Shown: one piece after another, positions 21,776-35,290 of the stretch
Layout: each line of letters begins with the position of its first letter
Position numbering within the stretch: the stretch's first letter is position 1
The notes under the pieces: generated by a model
What the model saw: only the letters and a program-made list of their open reading frames with translations
Database searches by the model: none
Told to the model about the DNA's origin: nothing
Source: Chiloscyllium plagiosum
Lineage: Eukaryota
DNA length: 64,000 bases
Reading direction: 5' to 3'
Assembly: GCF_004010195.1 (NCBI RefSeq)
Contig: NC_057755.1
Span: 9,153,306-9,217,305, forward strand
Position numbers and translations under genes: made by a program

Positions 21776-24414
21776 GTGATTCCAGAATCACAGCAATATC
21801 ATTGACAGTTCGCTGCCCTCTGGGAATTAGACGTGGGATGGACAATTAATCTTAGTCCAGAAAACAATGCTCGCATCCTGTGAATGTAAAATAAAAACCA
21901 TGGAACTCCGTCAACCTCAGTTTCAGCTTTTTGTGCTATCTCAATCTGCTTCTTCCCTTCAATTGATACTTGAAAATTCTTTTGAAATATCCTTATTCTC
22001 ATATATATTTGCAGTTTCCTTCGTATTTAATTGTCTTATGAGTGACCTCTGGTTATCGACTTCATTTTGCCATTTCTCTGCTCATTATATGCGGTCGTAT
22101 GACAACAGGATAACACTCATCCATCTGTTCAGTATATTTGTGGTCAACTAAACTTTTCATGTTAATGGAAATAAAAAACTGACTTTGACTCCTGTATTAT
22201 TCTTTCCAGAAGTCAAGCAACTCCAGGCAAAGCTAATTTCTTGACTTTCCTGACTACCACTCGTACAGGCGATTGCAATCTCCGACTGGAATTTATACAA
22301 TGGGATCAGGATGTACTCTCGATCGATCTCAAAACAAAACCCGATGCATTAAATTACGTTGAACTCCATGATGAAAACTAAATGTTCCCCAGGAAAATTC
22401 ATTAGACCACGTCGTGAACAGATAGCCCAAAGCCTGGGCATGGACAGTGCACGTAGAAGTGATTCCAATTGTAGAAGGGGTTTTTACAAAGTTATATAAT
22501 TAGATAGTGAAAGACAGGTGTTTTACAGCTTTTTGACCAAAAGGCATGTTGAGTTCTGCAATGCACCTCCTCGTCACTCTCTTTGGAAATTACATGAATG
22601 AGCAGGTGAAGTGTCAGAGCATGCATGACTACTGGTCTAGTGTAGGAAATTGGGGCGAGTGCCGGTAGCAGTGTTTCTTTGTTGGAACATTACTAATGTA
22701 CTGAGGAAAGTCTTCTGTGTTTTACGATCCCTTAAGAGCATAATTGTTGTGAAAATAGATGATCCTCCTTTAGACAAGATCCTGCATGGACTTCGTCTGC
22801 ATTCACAGCCGTGTTTTCTTCCAGTCTCCAAATAGTAGGTAAAAATACAATGCACATCTGTGGATATTACATTTTGGGTTTTCTTTTCAGAGCCATACTT
22901 ATAAAGTCTCATTAAACCCATTGTTTTCCCTCACACAATTTAGCGTTCTCAATAAAATGTCCCAGTTTATTATAGATGCAAAGGTTTGTCAGTTTTCACT
23001 TCACATTTGTAGTTTCTTTATAAATTTAAGTGGCGAATTTGAGGTTATCCATTCTTTAACAATGGATACTTATTTCCCTTGCTCTCCCATTTCCTAAACC
23101 TGTTGAATTTATAAAATTCTGTAAATAAAATTTTATCTTAATGGACCTATTCATTATTGTCAGTCTCCTGCATTTGCAACCCTTTGTTTCTCCACACGGG
23201 TCATCGATTGTCAAAGAATGAAAAGAGGATGTTGTACCTTGTGGAATGGTGTTTTTTTAAAATATTCACTCGTGGACCATGGACGTCCGTGGTGGGCCAG
23301 CATTCATTGCCCACTCTCAGTTCCCCTTGAGAAGGTTATGGTGAGGTACCTTCTAAAAGCAGTGCAATGTGGGCAGGAAAGACATTAACCCATCACCTGT
23401 GTCCTTCAGTACCAGTAGTATACGGCAAAGATGTCGTGTTTACTTCTGCAGCGTTGAATATGCAATTGTAATCAATTATTCAAGCATTAAGGGCACCTAC
23501 TGCAGACTCGATTGAGTACAAGAGTTCCATTATTTTTCCACACCTTTGGTCATGTCTGCATATTCACTCGTTCGAATTGCAATCGTGTCAGCACATAATG
23601 ACACAAAAACAGACGTCTCCAGACCCAGGCACATATCTAAATTCATTCAATCCAGCAGGTAGATAATTACCCACCAGCATGATTCCTTCTGGTACAATGT
23701 TCTTCATTTGTTTTTGTTTCAGGTTATCTTCTGCCTTTTCTCTCTCTTCCCCCCTCAGCTTCATGATTCTCAAGACATTTCTGGAAGATTGCTGCTCTTC
23801 CCAGACTCAATGATGTGCACAGTCCTTCTGAGGAATTGTGCTTTTTTAGCTTTATTATGAATATATAATTCCACGTGGAACCCTTGCAGCCTAATTCAAT
23901 GTTATGCACGTGTCCGCCATTGGAAAGAACATGATGAGTTTTTGATTTCTCTGTCAGAGAGTTTTGAGTGCTGTGGCAATCTTCTCCCCAGATGGTAGTG
24001 ATGGCTGGGGAACTAAATATACTCAATGCTGAGATCAATGGATTATGATTCACAAGATTTTTGATAGATGCATCATGTGATCGGCAGTGTAAGTCATCAT
24101 GAGCAAACAAGAAACAGGAATATTTAACTGTGCTCCTATTAGATCAATGGTGATTGAAGCAAGTGCCATTGTGTGCTGGAGGTACCAACAAATGCCCCAG
24201 CGATTCACGGTTCTAGTATTCATGAGTTCTGTTTTCACTGTTCCCATGCAACATTGCTTACTGTCACCGTACATTCAATCCTTCCTTCAGTGGTCATTGA
24301 GGAAGGAACATTTTGAATAATGCTCTCAATCAAAAGCTGAACAAAGGCAACAGTTATTCATGAAATATAGATAAATTCACTGCCGTAAAACTCAGTCATG
24401 GACTGATGGCTCGT

Positions 24415-24520
24415 TACACACACACACACACACAGACATACACACACACGCTGAAAGAAAAGAGAGAGGGAGACAGAAAGAAAGAAAGCGAGAGAGCGAG
24501 AGAGGGAGAAAGAGAAAGAA
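24415..24520. repeat. (CA)n/(GA)n compound microsatellite
   Basis: Visible directly in the sequence. Confidence 0.9.
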
Positions 24521-25652
24521 CTGATGGTTGTTTAATGTAAGTGCAACTACATATCAAGCAAGAGTGAAGTAGGAAAGTGTGGGACCTTCAATCGAAATTA
24601 CAGCCTGAGCAAGGTTGAACACTCCCTTTGGCATCACGCCATATTATTTGGAAGCTACTCAGTCAACCGAGCTAACCAATGATACTTCATTGAATGCATT
24701 TCAGTACGTGCACTGGGGTGAGAGCTTTTACATCGAGGTAGTTGCGCCCTCCTCTGACAACCCAAATGCACTTCACAATTGCAGCATCCATCATCAATAA
24801 ATAAAGTTAATGACAAAGCAGATAAAGTCAATGACCACAAGTCATCGATCCATCTGCTTCATTCAATCTGATCCACGCTGACCATATTCCCAAACACAAA
24901 TAGGCCCACTTGCCTACGTTTGGCCGATATATTTCCAAATTTAACTTATTCATGTATTTCTTCTAATGTCTATTCAAAGCCATAACTATGCCTGCACTTC
25001 ATTCCACAGACAAATGATTCTGTGATAAACGTTGTCCCTAAATCCTTTTTTAAAACGCCCTCCTCTCGCATTAAGAATATATCCCTGAGTTTTGATCTCA
25101 TCCACTCTAGGGAAAAGACCCTCACCTTATCTATGTCCCTCATGATTTTATAAATCTCTATTGTGTAACCACTCAACTTCATATATATATCCAGCCTAAC
25201 TTTTCCCACTCAAACCGTTCAATCCCGATCACATCCTTGTAAATCTTTTTTTTTTTCTGACACCTCTCCTATTAAATAGTATCATTCTGAGAACAGGGAT
25301 ACCAGACCGGCATACACGACATCAGAAACAGACTCATGAACGTTCTGCACAATTTCAACATGCCATTGCAAAACTTATAATCAAATATCAAAAGTTTGAG
25401 TAATACAGACGCTTCCTTAATCACCCTATTGACATGTGAAGCATAATTCAAAGAATTATACATTCGAAACCCACAGGTATATCTTTTCGATAACATTCGA
25501 CATGGCATGCCATTAATTGTTAAATACCGCCCTGCTTTGTTTTCGAAAATTGATTGACGCAAATTAAACTCCATTTGATACTCCTCAACCCATTTGCCCT
25601 CTGATAAAGATCACTTTATAATTTATTTCAACAACTTTATAATTTATTTCAA

Positions 25653-27466
25653 GGATCAAGGATAACCCCAAGGCATTTTATGCGTATGTGAGAAACCTGA
25701 GAATGACGAGAACGAGGGTAGGTCCGATCAAGGACAGTAGTGGGAGACTGTGTATTGAGTCGGAAGAGATAGGAGAGGTCTTGAACATGTACTTCTCTTC
25801 AGTATTTACGAACGAGAGGGACCGTATTGGAGAAGAGGAGAGTGTGAAATGGACTGGTAAGCTAGAAGAGATACCTGTTAGAAAGGAAGATGTGTTGGAC
25901 ATTTTGAACAACTTGAGGAAAGTCCCCCGGGCCTGACGGGATATATCCTAGGATTATGTGGGAAGCAAGAGAGGAAATTGCAGTACCGTTGGCAATAATC
26001 TTCTCGTCTTCACTGGCAACGGGAGTGGTACCAGGGGACTGGAGAGTAGCGAATGTTGTGCCCCTGTTCAAAAAAGGGAATAGGGATAACCCCGGGAATT
26101 ACAGGCCTGTTAGTCTTACTTCGGTGGTAGGCAAAGTAATGGAAAGGGTACTGAGGGATAGGATTTATGAGTATCTGGAAAGACACTGCTTGATTAGGGA
26201 CAGCCAGCACGGATTTGTGAAGGGTAGGTCTTGCCTTACAAGTCATATTGAATTCTTCGAGGAGGTGACCAAGCATGTAGATGAGGGTAGAGCAGTGGAT
26301 GTAGTAAACATGGATTTTAGTAAGGCATTTGATAAGGTTCCCCATGGTAGGCGTATGCGGAAAGTCAGGAGGCATGGGATAGAGGGAAATTTGGCCAATT
26401 GGATAGAAAACTGGCTAACCGGTCGAAGGCAGAGAGTGGTGGTAGATGGTAAATATTCAGCCTGGAGCCCAGTTACAAGTGGAGTTCCGCAGGGATCAGT
26501 TCTGGGTCCTCCGCTGTTTGTAATTTTTATTAATGACTTAGATGAGGGAGTCGAAGGATGGGTCAGTAAATTTGCAGATGATACGAAAATTCATGGAGTT
26601 GTGGATAGTGAGGAAGGCTGTTGTCGGCTGCAAAGGCACTTAGATATGATGCCGAGCTGGGCTGAGGAGTGGCAGATGGAGTTCAACACTGTCAAGTGTG
26701 AGGTTGTCCATTTTGGAAGAACAAATAAGAATGCAGAATACAGGGTTAACGGTAGGGTTCTTAGTAAGGTGGAAGAGCAGAGGGATCTTGGGGTCTATGT
26801 TCATAGATCTTTGAAAGTGTCACTCAGGTGGATAGAGCTTTTAAGAAGGCCTATAGTGTATTAGCGTTCATTAGCAGAGGGATTCAAGAGTCGTGAAGTG
26901 ATGTTGCAACTGTACAGGACTTTGGTTAGGCCACAGTTGGAGTACTGTGTGCAGTTCTGGTCGCCTCACTTTAGGAAAGACGTGGAAGCTTTGGAGAGGG
27001 TGCAGAGAAGATTTACCAGGATGTTGCCTGGAATGGAGAATAAGTCGTACGAGGATAGGTTGAGAGTTCTCGGCCTTTTCTCGTTGGTACGGCGTAGGAT
27101 GAGGGGTGACTTGATAGAGGTTTATAAGATGATCAGAGGAATAGATAGAGTAGACAGTCAGAAACTTTTTCCCCGGGTACAACAGAGTGTTACAAGGGGA
27201 CATAAATTTAAGGTGAAGGGTGGAAGGTATAGGGGAGATGTCAGGGGTGGGTTCTTTACCCAGAGAGTGGTGGGGGCATGGAATGCGCTGCCCGTGGGAG
27301 TGGTAGAGTCGGAATCATTGGCGACCTTTAAGCGGCATTTGGATAGGTACATGGATGGGTACTTAATCTAGGTTAGAAGTTCGGCACAACATCGTGGGCC
27401 GAAGGGCCTGTTCTGTGCTGTATTGTTCTATGATCTATGATCTATGATCTATTCTATGATCTATGA
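25653..27466 (+). mobile_element. Young 5'-truncated CR1 LINE (nearly intact RT, a few frameshifts)
   Basis: ORF 25956-26864 contains GNYRPVSLTS, DFSKAFD, GVPQGSVLGP and FADD. ORF 26898-27371 is the C-terminus. (TCTATGA)n tail at ~27427-27466. Confidence 0.97.
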
Positions 27467-27588
27467 ACAATTCAAATAATGTGTCTTCATGTGATTGATA
27501 AAACAACCGAACTTGTTTTCAACTTTTGGTTTGTGAAAAACCTGCGCACAATTTTGATTAGTAAAAGACCTCCCAAATACCTTTGAGG

Positions 27589-27610
27589 GATGACGTGTAC
27601 TTAAATATAT
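27589..27610 (+). promoter_or_regulatory. Putative core promoter of the intact GPCR: bZIP site GATGACGTG + TATA-like TTAAATATA
   Basis: TGACGTG at 27591-27597 and TTAAATA at 27601, 84 nt upstream of the ATG. Conserved with identical spacing at 14003 and 39901. Confidence 0.6.
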
Positions 27611-27684
27611 GATGCCTCGTCTGGCACCAACGAATACTTGCCTGAGTCTCTCACGTCGACCAGAGCTTATCCCTCCTCAGAAAA

Positions 27685-27754
27685 ATGGAATGGCCAATGA
27701 TTCTGCTGATAAAGGAGATTTATTATCCAATTCTTGCAACCATCGGTTTCCCTG
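27685..27754 (+). CDS. Exon 1 of intact GPR139-like GPCR (MEWPMILLIKEIYYPILATIGFP + G)
   Basis: aaaATGG start. 70 nt ending at donor G|GTAAGC. The phase-1 join to exon 2 gives GCA (Ala) and TM1 ...IGFPANMMTIVVL, matching the GLPANILTVIIL TM1 of GPR139. Confidence 0.9.
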
Positions 27755-28853
27755 GTAAGCCCTGTATAAATTTTTTATTGTTAGTTTGTGCGAAATTCCT
27801 CCGAGGACGAAATGTATTCAGGGTAAGACATCAGGTTTCTCGGATCTCAGCAATGCAGTAGGAGATGATGCCTGTGCTGACTCATAAAACAGCTATTCAG
27901 ATTTCCCTTATTCCACTGAACTAATATGTTTGTTGATGTCATCTTATGCTTTAGGTTTGAATTGTCCGATAGACGATTGACATAATACATGTAGAGCAGA
28001 TGTTTCCTTTTGTGGGTCAACCTAGAAAGAGGGGTCGCATGGTTAGGATGCGGAGGAGTGGATTACAAACAGATAGAGGAGATTTATTTACCTCAAAAGG
28101 TTGTGAAATTAGGAATTCCCTGTCCCAATGCATGGTGGAAATGAGAATGTTGAATAAAACTAAGGAAGATGCAAACAGATTTCACTTGGTTTGCTGGGTA
28201 TGCCACCACCTTATGTTGATAATGGTTCTCACGAATTCTCTCTCAGCCTGTCAGGGTATAATCCTTACCTACCTCTTGTCAACAAATGCTCATTTAGGGA
28301 AAATAGCTTATATCAGCGAGACGAATAAACACCATGAGTACCTTCATTTCTTGTTACCCTTATTGATCTTTACAAATTTACACCCAACTACTGTTCTTTG
28401 ATATATTTCCGAGGTAGTTAGGAATCTGGTATCAATGTTTGCCATGTGTTAGAGTTTATAATCGTTGTCAAATTTCAGAGGATTTTCGATCTGCCTTGTA
28501 CTGCCAAGGCATGATAATAAATGTACCACTTCCTTTTAAATAGGATTATAATAGTTAGAGTTTTTTTATTGAACGGTGAAGACGTCAATGCATGACAAGG
28601 GCCTTTCTCTCTTGTCGTCCTCTCTGACTCTATGACAATCACTGACACTATCGAGATCCAAAGATGAATGCAATGTCATCAAAACTTATGCCATTGGGGC
28701 CAGGAGTCATTGCTAATTACAACATCATGATATGCCATTAGGAACTTGCAGGTTTTAGACTTTACATCTGCATAATCAATTCTAGTTTAATTTGTTTTCT
28801 AATTTTGTTTTAACAAATGAGTAAAGGTTGCCCTCCTCTACCTTTTTTTACAG

Positions 28854-29764
28854 CAAACATGATGACAATTGTCGTTCTTGTGCAAAGAAACTGTGGCCTT
28901 TCTAAATGTATCTCTGTCTACATGCTTGCCATGGCAACAGCAGACCTGCTAGTCATAGTCAATAATGTAATAATTTATAGCGTTCTTATGTATCACTTTC
29001 CATTGTCTTTTCTGTCTCATACGCATAATTGTATGTTTAATTTGTACATGGTTTGTGTTATGATCAATATATCAGTCTGGTTCACAGTAGCCTTCACTTT
29101 TGATCGCTTTGTCGTCATCTGCTGTCCAAAATTTAAGACAGGATATTGCACTGAGCGAATTTCAGCGACAGTTGTAACGGTGATCTGTATTCTCCTCTGT
29201 ATTAAGGATATCCCAATTTTCTTTGCTTTCAAGCATGAACACATTGTTAACAAAGTGAAATGGAACTGTAAGCCAAGTGCGGTGTTCTTTTCTTCAGTTA
29301 CAGGGGTAGTGTACGTCTCGTTTTTCAGCATTTGTTTAGTTTGGTTTCCTTTTATTTTAATTGCGTTGTTTAATTCATTCACAATCAGACATATTCTAGT
29401 GTCCAGTAAAGCCCGCAGAAAATTTCGGAGTTACACTACTGAAAATCAAACTGATCCTGAGATGAATAATCGAATGAAATCTATTATTTTACTCTTTGCT
29501 ATCTCCGGAAGTTTCATTACGTTGTGGATGCCAACCGCTCTAACGCTTGTAATTACGAGACTGACAAATCCCAATTATTACAGAGGACACCTTGGAAATC
29601 CGGCATATATTGCCGTTGAAACTGGAGCCATGCTGAGGTATTTGAGTTGCTGTTCAAACATGTGCATCTACACAGTGACCCAGAGGAAATTCAGAAATGA
29701 ACTTGTGGATCTGTTCAAATCGCCCTGTGCATTCATTGTAAACTGGTTAAAAATAGAAAAATGA
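28854..29764 (+). CDS. Exon 2 of intact GPR139/GPR142-related 7TM receptor (spliced protein 326 aa)
   Basis: Polypyrimidine tract and acceptor ccttttttta cag| at 28853. TM2 LAMATADLL, TM3 FTFDRFVVIC, ECL2 Cys WNC, TM6 FITLWMP, TM7 SNMCIY, helix 8 QRKFR. No stops. Related to, but probably not the ortholog of, GPR139. Confidence 0.92.
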
Positions 29765-29999
29765 TAATTGAGAATGCCTGTTTTCATTAAAATTCAAGTT
29801 CAGTGATGCTTTGTATAATACTGGGACTCTGTTGTGATATCTGCACAAAGAAGGTTAATTTTTAGAAAGCACGTCAGTGTTCCATACGATTTTTGTATTG
29901 ATGAAGACTGTGATGTCTGCATTATTCCATATTTGGTTTCGCTTTTTGTTAATGGGGGATGATAATACATCTCCTTCGCTTGTAAATGGTTTTGTCTGA

Positions 30000-30440
30000 T
30001 GTGTAGAAATCCAATCCCTCTCGAGATATATTAAGAAGAGTGTCTAGAAACTAGCTTTTTTGTTTTCTTAAAGGTAATTGGAAGACCTACATTCCAGGCA
30101 TAATTTGATTGGGCAAACTATTCAACTGGAAACAAAACATATCTTATTTTTACACTACGTTTAAAATACATCCAAAATAAATGTCAAGCAATTGATACCA
30201 CTGTCCCTCTGTCGAAATAGTAAACTTTTTTATACATGTAATCTACTGATAATTGTCTGCTTCAATATAATAACATCACATAAACGCACTCTTGGCAAAG
30301 GGAGATTCAGCAAAACGGACACTTTCTCAATCCTAACAGCAGCAAGAGAAACTCGGCTTTTAATTGAAACAGAGACATTAATAAGAATTTGCACATCCAG
30401 CTTCAAGACTCCAGCAACTGCAGAAAGCTAGAACTAACGT
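30000..30440. mobile_element. LTR-like segment (Gypsy-associated)
   Basis: Similar to 715-925 and 34600-35290, and to the LTR start at 61614 (tgt...cc.ctc....ata..ttaagaaga). Confidence 0.5.
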
Positions 30441-30739
30441 TTCAATTAAATGAGCCAAAGGCAGAATCATGGAGTGAGGTAAGATCGGTCCTGACCTCAA
30501 TAAATGACAGAGCAAACTCGTGTTGCTGAACGGTCTCTTTCTGTCACTAACGTCCAAAATTGCCTCAATCGTGGTGTTTACTTTATTATCTTTGAGCAGT
30601 CTGCCCGCATTTCTATCTAAAACTTACGTCATTAAAAAAAAACAGGAAGAAGTGCAGCTCTTAAATCCACAGAATCATCACAAATCGTCCTTAAATAAAT
30701 GAAACAAATATGTGCAAAAGGCCTGATTTTTAAAACATT

Positions 30740-31540
30740 TAATCCTGTACTACCAGTACACTACAATGCCAATCCTTTAGATTGACTGTAGCCAGGCAAG
30801 CATTCACAATCAATTTCAGTCCACTTCTCTCTCGCTACCAAACATTTCTGCCTTCCTTCATCAAAGTCATGACAATGCATGAGACAATGTATTCTCTTGA
30901 CATGCCCTGTGTATAAATTTTCCTTTACTGACCGCATAATAATGTACATCAAAACAATATGACATTTTTATTCTTATTTTCTTTTCAAAATCTTTAAGTT
31001 TTCATGATCAGGATATGCAATTGTCTCAGACACATTATTGGCAATATAAATGATGAAATCTTGCAACACGATCACCAAACTCAATAATTCCTTCTCAGTT
31101 CTGAAATATTTCTGTGAATGATTCCTCAACTTGTGGGAAAAAAAACACAGCATGTCTTTAAACTGTCGCAACGTGCTCTTGCAATTGTACAGTACTAACA
31201 CCCACATCAGTTACTTCAACAATCACGTTCAATGGCTTTGCGTAACTTTGCGTGTCCAACACTGGGCCAATGGTTAACTCAGCCTTTAGGCGGTCAAATT
31301 CCTGGTGACATTCCTCTGTTCGCGGGAATTTTATGCAATTCTTCAACAATCAGTCTGTGGAGCTAAAACTTGTCACAACTCCCCAATAAAACCCACTCAG
31401 CCACAGGAATTATACTACTTTCCTCTTCATCAAAAGTATGAGAAATTTCTTAATAATCTTTCTTTTCACATCCCATGGGACTACATGTCCATGTCCAATA
31501 AAATGACCTTGGAACGTACCTTGTGGATAGATGCTTGATG
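30740..31540 (-). mobile_element. Gypsy LTR retrotransposon RT/RNase H relic
   Basis: Minus ORFs ECHQEFDRLKAELTIGPVL...DVGVSTVQLQE and YFRTEKELLSLVIVLQDF...YPDHENL are typical of the Ty3/Gypsy RT-RNase H junction. Confidence 0.85.
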
Positions 31541-33459
31541 AGTGAGAAAGATCGGATCAGCAACGTACTTGCAGATATTGCCCTGCTTCAGTTGTCAATC
31601 CTCTATCGACATTGTTCTCGTCTCACTGAACTAATAATCTGCTGATGTCATCACAACTTTGAGGTATGCAAAGTACTAAAGTGGATTGGCAGATTAGATG
31701 CAGAGAGAGGATTGTTATTCATATGGGCTAGTCTGGTTCGACAGATCATCGTGTTAGTTTAGTGTGTAGCAGATAGAAAACAGAGACTTGGAGAAATTAC
31801 TTCTCTCAAAGGATTGTGAATGTGTGAAATTCAATGCCCCCATAGTGGGTCAGAAATCGAGAACAAAATGAAATCACCATAACGGGGAAATTAACAGTGT
31901 CATATTAGTAATGGGCGAAAATGTTACGGAAAGCCAGCAGGAAAATAAGCTTGAGACCAGTTATGATGGTAATGGATGGACGAGCAGTTTCGAAGAACTG
32001 AATGAGCTACTCCTGCTCCCATATCATTTGTTCTTCGAAATATTAACTCTGTAATAATTAGATAGCTTATTCAACCATCACCCCTTTGGATTAGTTTAAC
32101 AGAATTACACTTTGATGGTTTAAAATAATTCAGATTGGAGTTCAATATTGGGTAAGCCCTAGCCAGAACACAGCCATCGGTACAACACCAAATTTAATAA
32201 AATTTGCTGAATATGAAGTTAACGTGATAATCAAAATTTTTCCTGTGGCTGTATTGTCGTAACAGATTGGCTTAATGTCTTCTCAAAGTTCTTCGTTCCA
32301 CCAAAAATGATCCATTTTTGTTCAAGTTTTTATGGTGAAAAAGTTCTTCATATTTAGTGTCAAATTCTTCCTTGATCTCAGCGAGTAACCACGATCCACA
32401 CAGCTTAGTCAAGTCATGCAGACTGAATCATTCCAATCGCAATATCTCACAGATTTATGACTTTGTCCAATTCCTTCGTGATTTACGAAATGTCTTTCGT
32501 TGTCTAATCTAAATCACGATTTCTGAAGAATAATGGAGAAGCTAAATTTGGAACACAATGTTTAAACCTTTTTTAATTGGATGGTCATTCGAAATGGCAA
32601 ACAGAGAGCATCAGTAATGCAGATGGACACTTTTGTCGGAATTTTCATGTCTCCAAAGTAAACCAGTGAATGAATTGGACAAGCTAACTTTGGAAATCAT
32701 GGATGGTGACCAGTTCTAGAATCAGCATAATAAGGGCAACGAGATTGCCCTGGAAAAGGACCCGAGCAGATTCACCAGAATCTTACCTGGTCTTAAGAGA
32801 TTCGCTCATGAAGAAAGATTGCATGGATTGATATCACTAGCATTTGAGCAGAAGTGATTGGGAGAGAATATGTTGGAAACGCATGGAATCATCAGAGACA
32901 TAGGCATGTAGACCAGAAGAAACTTTCCACTGTATTAGAAATATTAATCACCATGGGGTGTACATATAAATTAGGGACTGAAGGCTTGTAGGAAATGAGA
33001 TGAAAAACATTTCCATCCGAAGGGTTATGAGCACCTGGAGCTCATTATTTGAAAGAGTGGCATATGCCGAGCTCCTCAAAGCATTTAAAAAATGCCATTT
33101 TGATGTGCTTTGCAATGTGAAATCAAGCAACGTTTTTTCCAAGCTCTGGAAAATAGCCTTAGAATATTTTCTTGGTTATTTTTGGTCAGGGAAGACTTGA
33201 TGTGTTAATTTTCTTCATTCTCTACTGTATTCCGCTTTGAATCTATAATTTTCACTGAAACTTTCATGATCACACCGTTAAAACAAGCTAATTAACGTGT
33301 ATGTCACTTGGACCTATTGAGCCATGGCACACAATCAGAAAATGCCAAATTTTGTTTTTTTACACATGTAGAGTCACTTGCTTTACAATTCATGCTTATT
33401 TCTGTATGGTTATGCCAGAAAAAAAGAGTAAATGTTACTTTCGTATGCCTTGCTTCCAG

Positions 33460-34370
33460 CAAAAATGGTAACGATTGCCATTCTTGTGCAAGAGAAAAAT
33501 ACCCGTTTGAGCTTCATTCCTATCTATGATCTTGCTGTGGTAACAACAGACTTACTGGTCATGGTCATTAATCTCATCGTTAGCAACATTCTTATGTGTC
33601 ACTTCCCATTGTCTTTACTGTATCATACGTATATTTGTAAGTTTAATTCCTGCATGACTTGTTTTGTGCTCGACTTATCAGTTTGATTCACAGTCGCCTT
33701 CACTTTTGATAGGTTTGTCATCATCTTTAGTCCAAAGTTTTCGACAAGGTTTTTACTAAGCGAGTTACAGCCACAATTATAACCATGAGCTGTAGCTGCA
33801 TGCGTATTGAGGATATCCCCATTTTAGTTGCCTATGAATATGAACACATTATTAACAAAGTGATATGGAACTGCCAGTAAAGTGTAGCTTTTATTCCTCA
33901 AATTTAGGATTATGTAGATCTGGTTTTACAACATCTGTTTAGTTGAGCTTCCTTTCCTTTCAATTGTCCTGTTTAATGCATTGAAAATCAGAAATATAAT
34001 AATAACAAGTAAAGCCCACAGAGGAGTTTGGATTCACGTAATTTACAATCAATGTGATCCTGAGATGAAGAATCGAATGAAAACTACTCTTTTATTCTTT
34101 GCTATTGCGGGAAGTTTCATAGTGTTGTGGAAAGCAGATGTGATAACCTTGCTAACGACCAGATTAACAAGGATCAATCATTACTGAGAAACCCTTGACA
34201 ATCCAACATATATCACAGTTGAAAGTGGAACCATGCTGAAGCATTTGTGTTCCTTTTCAAGCACGGTGCATTTGTACAATGACCCAGAGAAAATGCAGAG
34301 AAGGGCTGGTGGAACTTCTCAAAATCTCCAGTGCATGCATTGTAAATTTGTTGGATATGAAAGTAAATGA
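33460..34370 (+). pseudogene. GPR139-like GPCR pseudogene (exon-2 homolog, copy 4)
   Basis: Acceptor tgcttccag|. Fragments LAVVTTDLLVMVIN, FTFDRFVII and CDPEMKNRMKTTLLFFAIAGSFIVLW. Stops (e.g. gtttga in place of VW, cagtaa, tactga) and frameshifts. Confidence 0.9.
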
Positions 34371-34599
34371 TAGCGAAAACCTGTTGACAGAATAAAATTC
34401 AAGTTGACTCATGCAATCAATGATACCAAGGTTTTCTTATCATGTCTGTCTAAAATGCATAATGTAAAAATAAAGAAGTGTTCACCACTCTTTATTATCT
34501 TGACCGCGAATCTGATATGTGTGTTATTGAACATTGTCACATTTGTCTTGTCATTGTTGGCTGATCATGATGTTTCTCTTCATACAAAAAAAAAATTCT

Positions 34600-35290
34600 A
34601 TACGTTACGGACAAGACGGAACCTGCTCAAAATATGTTAAGATGATAGTCTGTTCCCTACCTTTTAATTATTTAAAATGCAAGTGTGGTGCATTGCTTTA
34701 CAAATATAAGTTAATCGTTCAAACTGCTTGCTTTGGCAAAATGCACTTTCATTTTTCACTTGAGTTGAAATGTAGATAAAATGAAAAAAAAAACAATTGG
34801 CTTAACTCTCATTCTATCAGAATATTGGATCAAATCATACAATACGCGTGTGTTTATGGGTTTGTGTGCATACATACAAATAATTAGGAGTAATTAATTG
34901 TTCCACTGTCGAAACGTCCCATAAACACACATTTGATAAAAGCTTTCTTATCAAAAAAGATCGTATCACATTCAATTCTAGGAGCAGGAAGAGAACCCCA
35001 GATTTTAGCTGTAAGAGGCAGAGGGGTAACAGATTCCACATCCTGCTTCAAGACCCAATAACTTCAGAAAGGCAAGAGTATTGATCCTGGTTCTGTGATA
35101 GCTTGACCACAGCAATTCAGACTGCTTCTATTATTCCAACTAAAATAAACCAACGCCTCACGAGCGATTCATTTAACAGATTTTATGCAGAATCTTCGCA
35201 TCTCTGTCTGAAAATTGCTTCACAAAAAAGGACAACATTCACCTTTCAAAGCCACGGTATTGTAACACGGGCCTGGATTAAAAAGTGAAA
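34600..35290. mobile_element. LTR-like segment
   Basis: Homologous to 30000-30440 (ctcaaaatatgttaagatga, cttcaagacccaataacttcagaaag). Confidence 0.45.

Noticed and set aside
28817..28853. ORF-track start MSKGCPPLPFFT for a single-exon 315-aa GPCR
   Set aside because: Lies in the intron's polypyrimidine tract and lacks half of TM1. The upstream exon splices in frame and is conserved in a paralog.
27685..29764. Assigning the gene symbol GPR139
   Set aside because: Family motifs match, but the protein is far more divergent than expected for the conserved ortholog and is one of many tandem paralogs.
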